A DNA stretch of 64,000 nt from Octopus sinensis (GCF_006345805.1 NC_043000.1:128836001-128900000); one strand, 5' to 3'. Numbered from the stretch's first letter, positions 39,623 to 54,623 are shown. Made by a program: numbers and translations. The notes: generated by a model not told the origin, from the sequence alone.

Positions 39623-40213
39623 CAGACACATACACAGGCTATCTTAAAAGATTTTTAACCCTTTTTTTCTCTCTTCTCTTTCATTGACAGACATTTGCTG
39701 AATTCCAACAGTGAATTTTATCTGTTCCAGGTATCAAATTAGTTTATGGAAGTTCTTAATTCCCCACGGTGAAATAATTTATCGTAAGGTGAGACTGGTG
39801 TATCTTCCATCGTTTAGACTTTTTTTTTTATCAGTCTTAGCAATACTTTTCCTTATCTTCTTCACACTTCTCTCATATTCTTTTACACCTTTCTGATTAT
39901 CTTTCTTTCTCTCTCACTCTGTCTTTCTCTCACTCTCTCTTCCCCCCTCCCTCTGTATATTCATTCCTCTTTCTGGTTTTATATTTATTATTTCTCTTAT
40001 CTGCCAGTCTATCTATCAGACTGCCTTATTCACAAAAAGCGTATTAATATGTATATTTATAGGCAGTTCAGTCATTAGTCTTCAGATTTTCGGAATGGAG
40101 TGATTCCGGCCAGAAAGATTACCTGAAGATCATCTCCAACAAATAAGAAACCAGGAGCAGTAAGTACCTTGACGCTGAATTTCGCATCACTCGAAATATA
40201 TATATATTTATTT

Positions 40214-40247
<34 letters not shown>

Positions 40248-40384
40248 CGCACACATATAGTTATATATATATATGTGTGCACCATTATCCTAACATTGGA
40301 TGCTCTATTTTTTGTACAATTTATACTCATCCTACTGCAAGAACCACTATTGCACTTCATCCACATATTTTTGTCATTTACACA

Positions 40385-40415
<31 letters not shown>

Positions 40416-41026
40416 CACCACACACACACATATATATATATATATATCAAGAGAGTGATATAGTGTGCTTCTTTTTATATCTTTATATCTGTAGCAGCGG
40501 GAATGTTGCTTTTGTAGCTGGATTTTGTGGAACGTACCAAGGAAGATGATAAATTCAATGAGGTTTAACATATGTATTTCATTTGTATTCAACTATCTAA
40601 AGACCTAAGATTAGTTGTTGCTGCTATTAAAGTTAGAATGTTACTATTAACTTCACTTCCAAAATCTCCAAACACCATCCGCTGTTTTCGATTCCAATCG
40701 ACATCAGGTGTCTAATTATGAAACCTAACATATGGAAATGTATACACGGGTGCGCGCGCTCACAGACTCGCTGACCTCTTCCTCTCTCTCACACGCACAC
40801 ACACGTACCTCCCCTACCCACCCCACACGTCTATATGCTGCCTCCTACAAATTTCTCCGAGAATTACGTATTGAGTGCATTGGTATTTTACACGAAAAAC
40901 AAAAAGCTGCATCTGATATCACTTATGCACCATGAGCAGACGTACGTGCTCGACACACGTACGCCGCACACACATAAATGCTTCTATACAGGTATGCACG
41001 TATGTATGCATATATATATATATATA

Positions 41027-41077
<51 letters not shown>

Positions 41078-41080
41078 TTT

Positions 41081-41112
<32 letters not shown>

Positions 41113-41137
41113 GTATATATGTATATATATAAGTATA

Positions 41138-42220
41138 TGGTGATGGTTGTCTACTCCTTATGTAGAGTTTGACCGTCTCCTGTACCTACATCTTAGAATT
41201 GTCATGGTACCTGATGTGGTTTTTAAAACCAGACAATGTTTTGAAAAGACATCCACATAGATTGCATATTCGATTTGGTTCACTAAGAGCTGCAAATAAG
41301 TTCTGATCTTTGTGGATCTTAAAATGTCTTTTGAGGCCTCTGTTAGATTTGCAGACCTTCTGGCATACATTGCATTGAAAGGTGTGTATAAGCATATAGA
41401 CAGAATAGCTGGTGGAGGTTCGTTTTCCATGGGTTAGCAAATGAGATTTGAGCCCAGCAAAAGAAAGACATAATCTGTCACAAACTTTGCACATAAAAAT
41501 GTCATTGGGATTCACCTTCTCGATCGTAACATTCTTCCTTAAATCTCTCTTGAGTCTTGCATGCGTTATCTTGGCCTCTTCAAACGCTTTTACTCCACTC
41601 CACACTTTTGTTCGCCATCCAGCAAGGGTTTCTATGTCCTCTGGATCCATTCCAAGTGACTTTATGGTAGTCCTTATGCCGTCCTTAAACCTCAGTGTTA
41701 TCTCATGTACAGTCGTACGACTTATCACCACCAGATGTCTTCTGCAATGCTACAACATTTGAAGAAAATATTGGGAAGACAGAAATTAGCTAAATTCAAC
41801 ATGCGTATATAATTCTTTTGAATTATTTAAATCTTAAAAACCTCAAATTGTTAGGAAGTTCACGTAATCTCAGGAAAGTCCCAATATGTATATCAATATA
41901 CAGAATACCAGATTTACTTCCCAGACAATAATGCTTATAGGACTCGTGATCTTCTACGAAATCAGGGACATTCTACTTTAGATGTCTGCATCACATCTGT
42001 AGAGATAGAACTAATTCGCAATGGGAACGTGACTCCAAGAATCTGCCCTGACAGTCAAATATAAATTGTATTGTGTAGAATTAAAAAAAAACCTCACATG
42101 AATTACTTCAAGACTTTTCAGTTTGAATTTCTACAAGATTTACTGGAGCTCATTAAGAAAGAACTCTGAAATTTGAACTGGCTCCAAATTCTCTTTCTTG
42201 AAGACTGACATGAAACCAAA
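41138..42220 (-). mobile_element. RTE/BovB-like LINE 3' fragment with three tandem C2H2 zinc fingers
   Basis: ORF 41186-41731: LRFKDGIRTTIKSLGMDP...WRTKVWSGVKAFEE then CKVCDRLCLSFAGLKSHLLTH, CNVCQKVCKSNRGLKRHFKIH, CNLCGCLFKTLSGFKNHIRYH. Confidence 0.88.
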
Positions 42221-42273
42221 TCAATTTATCTCAGCAATACAGAATATGAACGCGCGCGTGTGTACGTATATAC

Positions 42274-42304
<31 letters not shown>

Positions 42305-42387
42305 TGTATGTATGTATGTATGTTATGTATGTATGTATGTATGTATGTATGTATGCATGTATTTATGTATGTAAGTATGTATATATG

Positions 42388-42429
<42 letters not shown>

Positions 42430-42575
42430 CTAATATAAGGATAACATTTTATCAGTGGCCAGCAAATGAATAATACCTTTTAACGTGAAAATTATAAATG
42501 TTATTATAAATAAGGGAAAAAAGGAAAAAATTTCTTTAGCAGAGAAATTTTTTTCGTTTTGCCCTTATTTATTAT

Positions 42576-42635
<60 letters not shown>

Positions 42636-42869
42636 ATATTAGGCTGCACGCGCGCACGCATCAGTGTATCTATATGCGTGCGCGCATGTAACCTAAATAT
42701 GTCTCAGAGATGGAGGCCAAAATAAAAAAAAAAGAAAATATTCTTAGACGCAGGGACTCGTGAAAAACGATAACGAAAAAATAGTATAGAATAGGAACCA
42801 GGGCGGCTGGAAAAATTAATGGAAGTAAAACAAAAACAAAAAACAAAAGCAAATCACATAAAACAACAA

Positions 42870-44750
42870 CATTCCTAAAACATTTTACAGAGCAACAACT
42901 TCCGAACTCTACAAAGTAGGTCATTGTTTGACAATAAAAGTAATCAATATACTCCAGTCCCTTAAAAGGTAAGTGAAATAAATCCCGAGTCATCAATTCA
43001 AAAAGTTTTCTTTATTAATATTTCAAAACTCCATAGAAATGCAATAAACAGGTAAATTGATGAACATGCAGTTTGATCCTGGTAAGTTTGATTTAACATA
43101 CTAAAATCTGGATACATTGGCCATAGGTGATTGCAATTTGTACGTTGCCAGGAAATATTAGTTATTAAAAGCACATCATTTCAAGTTCTCATTATGAAAA
43201 TGGCAATCAAGTACAGAATATTGACAGGATGACTTTGAGGTATTGAATATAAATCTCTACCGCATTCAGGAAATTTTTTTTGTCATACCGATCAACATAT
43301 AAAGTCGAGTTACAACTTTAACAGCAAAGAATTTTATAAGGATTGTACAAAGTATGAGTCTACACCTCATTGTTTTATACCGAAACTGAAACATCTATGG
43401 AACTTGACTTTTATCCAAAGCATCTCAAGATGCAAAATGTATTAAATTACTCCATATTACCTCCAATTGAACATAGACTCATAATCCTGTCCATCACAAT
43501 ACACCAGATAGTGATACAGGGTATAATAACAACATTAATGCCAACAGCAGGATTGAAGTAAGTTGTAGTACCATTAAAGCTAGAAGCAGGTTACGATTGT
43601 ATGCTTTTCCTATGCAAGAGGTTTCGACATGAATCTAAGACAATGAGCTTTCTTATGAAGTTTAAACTATCTTAAACGAACCGATGAGCATTCTTTTACT
43701 GGTGGCCATGCTTGTATTTCAGCCTGGACACATCTCCAAAATTTCTTTGATGTTTCACCATTAATTTGAGATGATATGTTGTGATAAGTACGAAATGTTG
43801 CCTTGAAAGACGACAGGTCATTCAGTAAGAGTTTTCCTCACTAAAACTGGATGGTAGTGAATGAAATATCGGTAAATTACCGAAGCGAAACTCCATGGAA
43901 AGATATATAAATAAGGTAGTTAATGAGACTTAAACATCCTGATATACGTGTCTGAAATTGTATTAATAATTCACAGCAAGGAACTGAAATAACACAGACA
44001 GAATATAGATAACAATTTTGTGTCTGGATAACTCTGTATAGGGAAAAACCAAAATTGTATCGCTTCGGAAATATCCCCTACGTTTCATAAATCCCCGTAA
44101 TTATAAAATGTAATACAGCTAATAAATTCATTACATATCAGAAACGAATAAAAGGAAAATTTCCAAAAGTATTTTGTGGTCGTAACGTTGATAGATTGGA
44201 TATTAAACTATAGAAACTGAAACACGAACTTATACGAAATGAAATACAATACAATAAATACAAGATCTATCGTAACTACTTAATAGGTGGCACATAATAG
44301 TAAGAGACAACCGAGTAGAAAATACGCTTTCAGACAATTGGAAACTTATGTGGGTAAAAATAACAAGCTTGTAAAACAGTCTGAATAGATGGAAGAACTA
44401 CAGTGAGGAAACATGTTAAACGAAATCAGAATAAGAAATGACACAGTACTTGTGTTTGTTATTAAAAGTTCTGAAGAAATCGTCTAACAGTCTAGAATTT
44501 ATAATATGATATTGGTATGAAGGATTTGATTCACTGAATGTATGTCTTCTGATAACCATTTGGTTAAAAATTGCTGTCGAATACCTTTCTAGAACATCGT
44601 GTATAAAATATATAGCGTCTATAAAATATATAGTTGGGTGCTTCAACCATCTTTTTGTAATAATGATATTGCAACACCTGAGTAACCTCGGGGTAGGAAG
44701 AAGGCACGGAATTGTATACATTAGATTAAGAAAATGATTGAAGAAAGACA
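42870..44750 (-). mobile_element. Possible very old non-LTR retrotransposon remnant (CR1/L2/Jockey-like)
   Basis: Weak ordered remnants: SKKFWRCV, KAHCLRF, KSQVP*, VNILYL, DD, VKC. Many stops and frameshifts. Confidence 0.3.
43629..44175 (+). repeat. Source copy of a ~545-bp inverted duplication
   Basis: Reverse complement of 45664-46206; roughly 20 differences by manual alignment. Confidence 0.95.
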
Positions 44751-44789
44751 TAATCTGTCACAATTTGATTGTGCTATGGAGAGATTGCG

Positions 44790-45083
44790 AAGGCTCGTGG
44801 CTTAGTGGTTAGGGTATTCGACTCACGATTGTAAGGTCGTGAGTTTGATTCTCAGCGGCGCGCTGTGCCTTTGAGCAAGACACTATTTCACATTGCTCCA
44901 GTCCACTCAGCAGGCAAAAATGAGTAGTACCTGTAATTCAAAGGGCCAGCCTTGTCGCACTGAGAATTACGTTAAGGATACACGTGTCTGTGGAGTGTTC
45001 AGCCACTTGCGCATTAATTTCACGAGCAGGCTGTTCCGTTGATCACATAACAGGAGCACTCGTCGTCGTAACCGACGGAATGC
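44790..45083 (+). mobile_element. tRNA-derived SINE, family C
   Basis: Head and tail match 21409-21717. Confidence 0.9.
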
Positions 45084-45476
45084 CAGTTTTGTGCATAGGT
45101 TAACAGAAAGACCTTTATAGCATGGCAACGCGTAGATGAACAAAGCTTTATAATTAACCAGAATCTCACAACAAATAGAAACTGATATTGAGCACAAAAT
45201 TATGGTACAGTACCTCGCCTTACTTCTGGCAGTTGAGAACACACTCATTGAATCTAACATCATATATAATCAAAATGCATCATGCAGGGAGATAGTTTAT
45301 AAGTGGTGCTCTTTGCTTTGTCGTCAAATTTATTAACATACTTGCCCCCATAATATGATATAGAAACCGATTCAACAAAATTAGAAATATCTATCATAAT
45401 TTCTTTGTAGGCAACCGGAACTTTTTTAAAGTTCAATATTAACCAATATTAACAAACTATTAGATTCTCTCAAACA

Positions 45477-45652
45477 GTACATTATTTACATTATTTATAT
45501 TCGACGGATATTTGTCCTCGTCTTGTTTGTTGTTAACACAACGTTTCGGCTGATATACCCTCCAGCCATCTTCAGGTGTCTTGGGGAAAGTTCGAACCTG
45601 TGTTCTCATTCCTAAGGTATTTTTCGATATATATTATTATTATTATTATTGT
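45477..45652 (-). mobile_element. Penelope-like 3' terminus (left arm)
   Basis: Inverted repeat of ~46240-46405 (about 12 differences in ~160 bp); carries an HHR. Confidence 0.85.
45535..45580 (-). ncRNA. Minimal type I hammerhead ribozyme (PLE type)
   Basis: GACAC-CUGAAGA-u-GGCUG gaggguauau CAGCC-GAAA-CG-UU-GUGUU; loop-less palindromic helix III (dimer type), GUU site. Confidence 0.75.
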
Positions 45653-45663
45653 TATATCAGCCG

Positions 45664-46206
45664 AAAATACTTTTGGAAATTTTCCTTCTATTCGTTTCTG
45701 ATATGTAATGAATTTATTAGCTGTATTACATTTCATAATTACGGGGGTTTATGAAACGTAGGGGATATTTCCGAAGAGATACAATTTTGGTTTTTCCCTA
45801 TACAGAGTTATCCAGACACAAAATTGTTATCTATATTCTGTCTGTGTTATTTCAGTTCCTTGCAGTGAATTATTAATACAATTTCAGACACGTATAACAG
45901 GATGTTTAAGTCTCATTAACTACCTTATTTATATATCTTTCCATAGAGTTTCGCTTCGGTAATTTACCGATCTTTCATTCACTACCATCCAGTTTTAGTG
46001 AGGAAAAACTTTACTGAAGACCTGTCTTTCAAGGCAAACATTCGTACTATAACAACATATCATCTCAAATTAATGGTGAAACATCAAAGAAATTTTGGTG
46101 ATGTGTCCAGGCTGAAATACAAGCATGGCCCACCAGTAAAAGAATGCTCATCGGTTCGTTTAAGATAGTTTAGACTTCATAAGAAAGCTCATTGTCTTAG
46201 ATTCAT
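45664..46206 (-). repeat. Inverted duplicate of 43629-44175 enclosed by PLE termini
   Basis: Manual alignment, ~96% identity. Confidence 0.95.
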
Positions 46207-46214
46207 TGTTCGAT

Positions 46215-46436
46215 TCCAAGCAGTGACCTGAACAATAACAATAATAATAATATACATCGAAAAATACCTTAGGAATGAGAACACAAGTTCGAACTTTCCC
46301 CACGACACCTGAAGAAGGCAGGAAGGTATATCAGCTGAAACGTTGTCTTAACAACAAACAAGATGAGGACAAATATCCGTCGACTGTAAATAATATAAAT
46401 AATGTATATAATTCCTCATCTCTTAAATATAGAACT
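46215..46436 (+). mobile_element. Penelope-like 3' terminus (right arm) with degenerate HHR at 46304-46349
   Basis: GACAC-CUGAAGA-a-GGCAG..CAGCU-GAAA-CG-UU-GUCUU: core intact, helices I and II disrupted. Confidence 0.85.
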
Positions 46437-46659
46437 GTATCTATCAAACAGTATTCGATAAACACTGGAATGTAATTTAAATAGATCAAAATATGCTTTT
46501 GTGAGGATGTAACAAGAAGAAATTGCATCTTGTAGAAACACCTGAAATAGAACAGACTAACGACCCAAGTTTTAGAGACAGGTGAGAGCGAAAATGAAAT
46601 TTCAGCCGTAATGAAGTCGCTAACAAAGATGCAGAAAGGAACTTATACTCTAATACTTA

Positions 46660-47046
46660 TCTTTACTTGTTTTAGACATTAAAGTGCGACTATGCTGGGG
46701 CACCGCTTTGAAGAGTTCAGTAGGAAAAAGTCGACCCCCAGTACTTAATTTTTTTTGAAGTCTGGTACTTATTCTATTGGTCTCTTTTGTCGAACCAATA
46801 AGTTACGGGGACGTAAACAAACCAAACTATTGTCAAACGCAAGCACAAAGGCACACACATATGCATGCATGCATATATACATACACATACAATCATATAT
46901 GCACGACGGGCTTCCACACAGTTTCTGCCTACCAGATTCACTAACGAGGCATTGATCTGTCCTAGGATATAGAAATTTATCCAGAGTGCTGAGCAGTGGA
47001 AATGAACCAAACGAATGATTGAAAAGCGAACTTCTCAACTACACAG
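46660..47046 (-). mobile_element. SINE family A, near full length, diverged
   Basis: Reverse-complement head, internal microsatellite and body. Confidence 0.85.
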
Positions 47047-47374
47047 ACTTTTTTCTGAGCTGTTCATGATAAGAACTTAATGACATTGAGATAGAATATC
47101 AGAAAGACACTATTCTGAGCAACTGGAAATATTAGCATCAGCAAAGATGGAATCAAACTTTGTTTCTTTATTCTCCATATGAGGAAGCGATCATTGAAAT
47201 ATACAGTGGTATCATATGAGACTCAGATTGTAACACGGTGTCCAAAAGCTATCTGACTGACTCAACCTTAAAATTGTTGAGATTACTAACGAAACTGAGG
47301 AGCGGCAGGAAATTAGAAAATTGAAACGGGCCTTTCCAATACGCATAAAAAAGCAAAAATAAAAGAAATAATAA

Positions 47375-47530
47375 TAACCAGGTATGGCTCAATAGCTAAG
47401 CTCACTTTACAACCATGTAGTTTAGGTTTCAGTCTGACTTCGTGGCACCTTGGACAAGTTTCTTCTACTATATGACGAAAACTTTGTGAGTGAAGTTTGC
47501 TGACGGAAACTGGGAAGCCTGTCATGCGTG

Positions 47531-47561
<31 letters not shown>

Positions 47562-47830
47562 TGTGTGTGCGTGTGTGCGCGTGTGTGTGTGTGTGTATGT
47601 GTGTGTATCTGTGTGTTCGTATTGTGTTTGTTCCCTCCACCATTTGACAACTGGCATTGGATGGTTTACGGCCCGGTAACTTAGCATAAAACTTAGCATA
47701 AAACTTGGCATAAAACACAGATAGAATAAGTATCAGACTTAAAAATAAGTACTGGAGTTGATTTGTTCGACTGAACCCCTCAAAGCTGGACCAGCATGGC
47801 TATGGTCCAGCGACTGAACCAAGTAAAAGA
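47375..47830 (+). mobile_element. SINE family A, diverged, with internal 12-bp triplication (cttagcataaaa)
   Basis: Head, (TG)n and body; triplication at ~47680-47715. Confidence 0.85.
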
Positions 47831-47883
47831 TTTTAAAAAAAGCATCCAACACCAGTATTATACACACATACATATATACACAT

Positions 47884-47940
<57 letters not shown>

Positions 47941-48239
47941 CATAAGCTTGTTAAAAGGTCTCAAGTTTACGGCTTCGTTTGAGAAGAAATAGAAAGACAG
48001 AGAAACTGAATTGATACTCCTCGAAGGAAGAAAGACAAAACTGACCTCAATTGATTTTGAACTTGAAGCACAGAAACATGGCCCGAAAACCACATATTCT
48101 GTTCGATGATCTCATGACTGCCAACTCGACGGCTCTGTAACTTCCTTAATGTAAAATTTTCATTAATAGAAAGGTATATCTTACTGAATTAACTGCCACT
48201 TTCATATAGCATGAGCTCAAACAAGAAATCCACTCATAC

Positions 48240-48420
48240 CTGCCTGCTTACCTACCTAGCAACCTAGCTACTTACCTAGCTACCTAGCTACCGACCTAGC
48301 TACCGACCTAACTACCGACCTAGCTACCGACCTAACTACCGACCTAGCTACCTAGCTAACTACCTAGCTACCGACCTACCTAGCTAGCTAGCTAGCTACC
48401 TACCTACCCTCTACCTACAT
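48240..48420. repeat. CTAC/CTAG-derived minisatellite with 12-bp units
   Basis: cctagctaccga / cctaactaccga units alternate. Confidence 0.9.
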
Positions 48421-49119
48421 ACCTATGTACATGCATGGATAAATGTGTGTCTATTATTTTAGGTGCATTGAGTTATGTGGCAACCAATTTGCGTAAAAGC
48501 CCAACAGCATAAAAGCTGGGATTTTCTCCAAATATCAAAGCAAACTAATTCATACCCACTTCATACAATCGATTTAGTACTAGTGCAATGAAAATTGATA
48601 AAACATTCCAGGGATTCTCCATTTGAGGTTCCTGATTTGAGCGTATACGCGAAGTCACATGTACACATTAAATTCATACGTCCACATAAACAGTTACGAA
48701 GCCCTTACACTAGACATGGACTCCCAATACATAGGTGTAAATTATCCACACTACCCACTACACACGCACTCACACACACATGCGCGCTCATGCATACACG
48801 TCAGGTGACCATTAACAAGGAAAGAACCTTAACACTTTGTTAGTGACCGGTTTGAATTCTGTAAAGGAAAAAAATTAAGTCTCTGAGAAACACACAGACA
48901 CGCGCGCGCGACCACACACACACACACACACGCATACATACATACATACATACATACATACATACATACATACATACATACAAAAATGTATCCGTTTATA
49001 TGTGCAATAATACACACAATAAACATTCTGAATCAATAATGTATTTATAAAGTCATCCGACCACAATTTCATACATACAAACACATATTCGTATATATAT
49101 ATATACACATACATACATT

Positions 49120-50175
<1,056 letters not shown>

Positions 50176-50333
50176 GATTGCGCAAAGAGTGGGAGAGAAA
50201 GTGAGAGAGAGAAGAAGAGAGATACGCGGTCACAGACATTACTTTTCAGGTTTATTAATTCATAGTCATGCAGACAGACACACACATATACTCTCAGAGA
50301 AACATGTAGGTACATGCACAGACACACACACAC

Positions 50334-50374
<41 letters not shown>

Positions 50375-50607
50375 ACACACACACACGTCCGGATACGGAT
50401 ACGTAAAAAGATTTAAAAAATCCCCAAACTTCTTAATATACTCATGGTTGAATACACACATACTTATTTATAAAAGGATTTCATTCATATATACATATAT
50501 TAATTCATTCATATATTCATATACGTTTATATGCTCATCACGAAGTGGACATAAAATTATAGATATATGTATAAATGCATGCATACTCATTCTTAAACAG
50601 TTATGTA

Positions 50608-50664
<57 letters not shown>

Positions 50665-50697
50665 ATCCCTCTTTCTCTTTCACACACATACAGCGAG

Positions 50698-50739
<42 letters not shown>

Positions 50740-50927
50740 ATGGACATATATATGCACTCATAGGCATGTAATAATGTCGTGTATGTGTATTTATGTATAT
50801 GTTATCTACACATACATACCTCAAAATTATATGTATATTTGTAAGTATATATATATTATGTATGTATGTATGTAGTATGTATGTATGTATATACATATAT
50901 AATATATATATATATCATATATATATT

Positions 50928-51017
<90 letters not shown>

Positions 51018-51314
51018 TATGGGCATATATGCTCACATACAAAATACGTAGATACTTTTGCAAGCACTTGGCCATATTTTTTGACATGTCCAAACACATC
51101 TGAAGTTATCGGTCAACGTTGGTGTACATGTCTACACTATTGTCTGTATAGATCTTTCGTATATACACTGGAAACACCTATAAAAAATTGCTCTGCATGT
51201 TTCTGCTAGTGTATACACACACGCACTCATGCACACACGCACACACACACACACACACACACATCGACATTATCTCAGACATATATTCGCATAACATCCG
51301 TTCAAGAATACGTT

Positions 51315-51315
51315 G

Positions 51316-51384
<69 letters not shown>

Positions 51385-51421
51385 GTCTATCTATATGTCT
51401 GTCTGTCTGTCTATCTGTCTG

Positions 51422-51463
<42 letters not shown>

Positions 51464-51464
51464 A

Positions 51465-51502
<38 letters not shown>

Positions 51503-51535
51503 ATCTGTCTATCTGTCTGTCTATCTGTCTGTCTA

Positions 51536-51566
<31 letters not shown>

Positions 51567-51567
51567 C

Positions 51568-51608
<41 letters not shown>

Positions 51609-51612
51609 ATAT
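51315..51612. repeat. (CTAT)n/(CTGT)n compound microsatellite
   Basis: Seen directly; explains the YLSI ORFs. Confidence 0.95.
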
Positions 51613-51659
51613 CTATGTGTCACACACACACACACACATACACAGACACACACACACAA

Positions 51660-51690
<31 letters not shown>

Positions 51691-52012
51691 TGTGCATATA
51701 TGTATGCATATGTACATATGTGTATGTTAGGCTGGATGGATATGTGTATGTATGTGCTTGTATACGTATGTGTACATGTGTGCATGTATACGTGTTTAGG
51801 CATGTGTGTATGTATGTGTCTGGTTGTGTGTGTGAATACACACAAGCATTCATAGATTCGTGCAAGAAAGTTGAATGGAAAAGCAAACAATCACGGAACT
51901 GAGAAAGTTGACGGTGGGGAGTGTCTACACGCTGGATGTGGTGGAGGTGGTGTTTCCGTGTGGGCGTTCTGTGTGGTGTGTGTGGTGTGTGTGTGTGCGT
52001 ATGTGCGCGCGC

Positions 52013-52046
<34 letters not shown>

Positions 52047-52366
52047 TCACATTACTGTGTCATTTATAAACTGCCAGACACGGAACAATAATAGTAACAA
52101 CAAGCATGAAAACAACCACACGCTCCTCACAACACACACACACACACAATACACATACACACACATACACACACACACATATACCTCGTATCTAAGATAC
52201 AAAGACACGCAAACACACCCATTCACATACACATACACACATGAATACACAAACATCTACACACACACACACTCACACACACACAGACACACTCACCACA
52301 TACACACAGACACTGATACTCATTCGTATGTATATGCACATATATAGTTACATGTGTGTGTGTGTA

Positions 52367-52404
<38 letters not shown>

Positions 52405-52405
52405 C

Positions 52406-52476
<71 letters not shown>

Positions 52477-52603
52477 TGTGTATTTTACTATTACCTCGAG
52501 ACAACCTCGAGCCTGTGTGTGTGTGTTGTATGTGTATATATTATATATATATTATATATATATATACATACATAATGCATGCATACATACATACATACAT
52601 ACA

Positions 52604-52637
<34 letters not shown>

Positions 52638-52734
52638 CATATATACATACATATATATATACATACATATATAATATATATATATAATATATATATATAA
52701 TATAATATATATATATATATACTACATACATACA

Positions 52735-52770
<36 letters not shown>

Positions 52771-52772
52771 TA

Positions 52773-52812
<40 letters not shown>

Positions 52813-52885
52813 CACTGCAACATTAATGTGCAAAAACACCACCATCACCGCCGCCACCGCCACTATCACCACAACCACCACCACC

Positions 52886-52916
<31 letters not shown>

Positions 52917-53464
52917 GCAACAACACCTCAGTGTTTCTATAGATGCTGCTGCACGTGCAGAAGCACGCGCGTCTACACAGGCATTGAAAATCCAATAACA
53001 CGGTGGTGTCATCGTAGACATCACCAGCACCATCAGCTGCAGCAGCAACAGCAGCAGCCTCAGTAGCAACAGCAGCGAAAGACGTTGCTGCTGCTGCTGC
53101 TGTTGCTAGTGTTGTTGCATCTGCACTACTATCAACTGCATCAGGAGCAGAGTATCTTTATGAAGAGAGGGTAGGTGGGTGGTACAAAGAGTTGGAGTGA
53201 TATAAATAAATAAATATATATATATATATATATATAATATATATATATATATATGAGTGTATGTGTGTATACATATGTGTATATATGTGGTGTGTGAGGG
53301 GAGTGAAAGAAAGGGCGTCACGATGTGATGGAGTGCGGCGGTGGGGGTGGGGGGTGGGGAAGATTAGAGAGTTTGAGAATGAAGGCGAGAAGCGTAGGGA
53401 GAGGAAATGAATGGAAATCTGGAAAAGAGACGACGGAGAAAGGGCGGACAGAAAGTAAAAAAAG

Positions 53465-53501
<37 letters not shown>

Positions 53502-53539
53502 CATCTATATATTTATATATATGTAGGGAGTGAGCGATT

Positions 53540-53576
<37 letters not shown>

Positions 53577-53694
53577 ATGAGATTAAAGATAAGCGAATAC
53601 GTGTTGTATAAGTGATAACAAAGATAGATAGATAGACAGCTGGATGAAGAGCATTATATACATTCAGGCATGTGTATATATGTATGTATGTGTG

Positions 53695-53726
<32 letters not shown>

Positions 53727-54274
53727 GCATACACACATACATACACCGCATAAACTCACATGTAAATAAAATTACACACGCATACGTACTCATATACATA
53801 CATCGTATATAATTTTATGATAAGACAATAATAACAAAACACACACCTTTGTACACATGCATACATTCATACATTCATATATTACACATACATTCATAAA
53901 CACATGCATGCACATGCGCGTAATAAAGTTTAGGGAAGAATGAAGCACATTGATTAAAGAGAGCAGGCGGCGGCGGTGAGGGAATGTTGAAGATTGTGTG
54001 TAGTAAAGTTGATGAGATGGGTGTCTTGCTGGCTGGCTGAGTGCCTGGCTGGTTGGTCGGCTGGCAGGATGAATGGGGACATTTGATTTGACAGATGGAG
54101 GATACAGATGTGAATGAAGAGGAATATTGAATGAAAAAATGATGATCAGGAGGCGGAGTTGAAATGTAGGCATAAGGCCACGAATTTATGAGATAGGAGG
54201 AAGAAGAAAGGAAGACAGAGTTGAATGAATTCTGCCCCAGTATTTGACTGGTGCATTTTATATATATATATATA

Positions 54275-54575
54275 TTTTTAGACTTTTATTTGTTTCAGTC
54301 ATTGAGTTGCGGCCATGCTGGGGCACCACCTTCAAAGGTTTTAGCCGAGCAAATCGCTCACCCCGGTAGTTAAGTTTGAGTCTTAGTGACGGGTACACTA
54401 ACAAGCCAGCACTAATTTCAAGCAGATGGGGAGTGATAAACACAGACACAAATTCGCGCGCGCGCGTATATGTGTGTGTGTGTGTGTGTGTGGTGTAATA
54501 TATAATCCACACACAAGGCTTTAGTCGGCCCGAGGCTATAGTAGAACGCACTTGCCCAAGGTGCCACGCCATATA
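54275..54575 (-). mobile_element. SINE family A, internally deleted
   Basis: Reverse-complement body and partial head. Confidence 0.8.
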
Positions 54576-54577
54576 TA

Positions 54578-54623
<46 letters not shown>

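Noticed and set aside
47680-47716. Three 12-bp direct repeats
   Set aside because: No spacers; a slippage triplication inside a SINE, not CRISPR. No CRISPR array or cas gene in the window.
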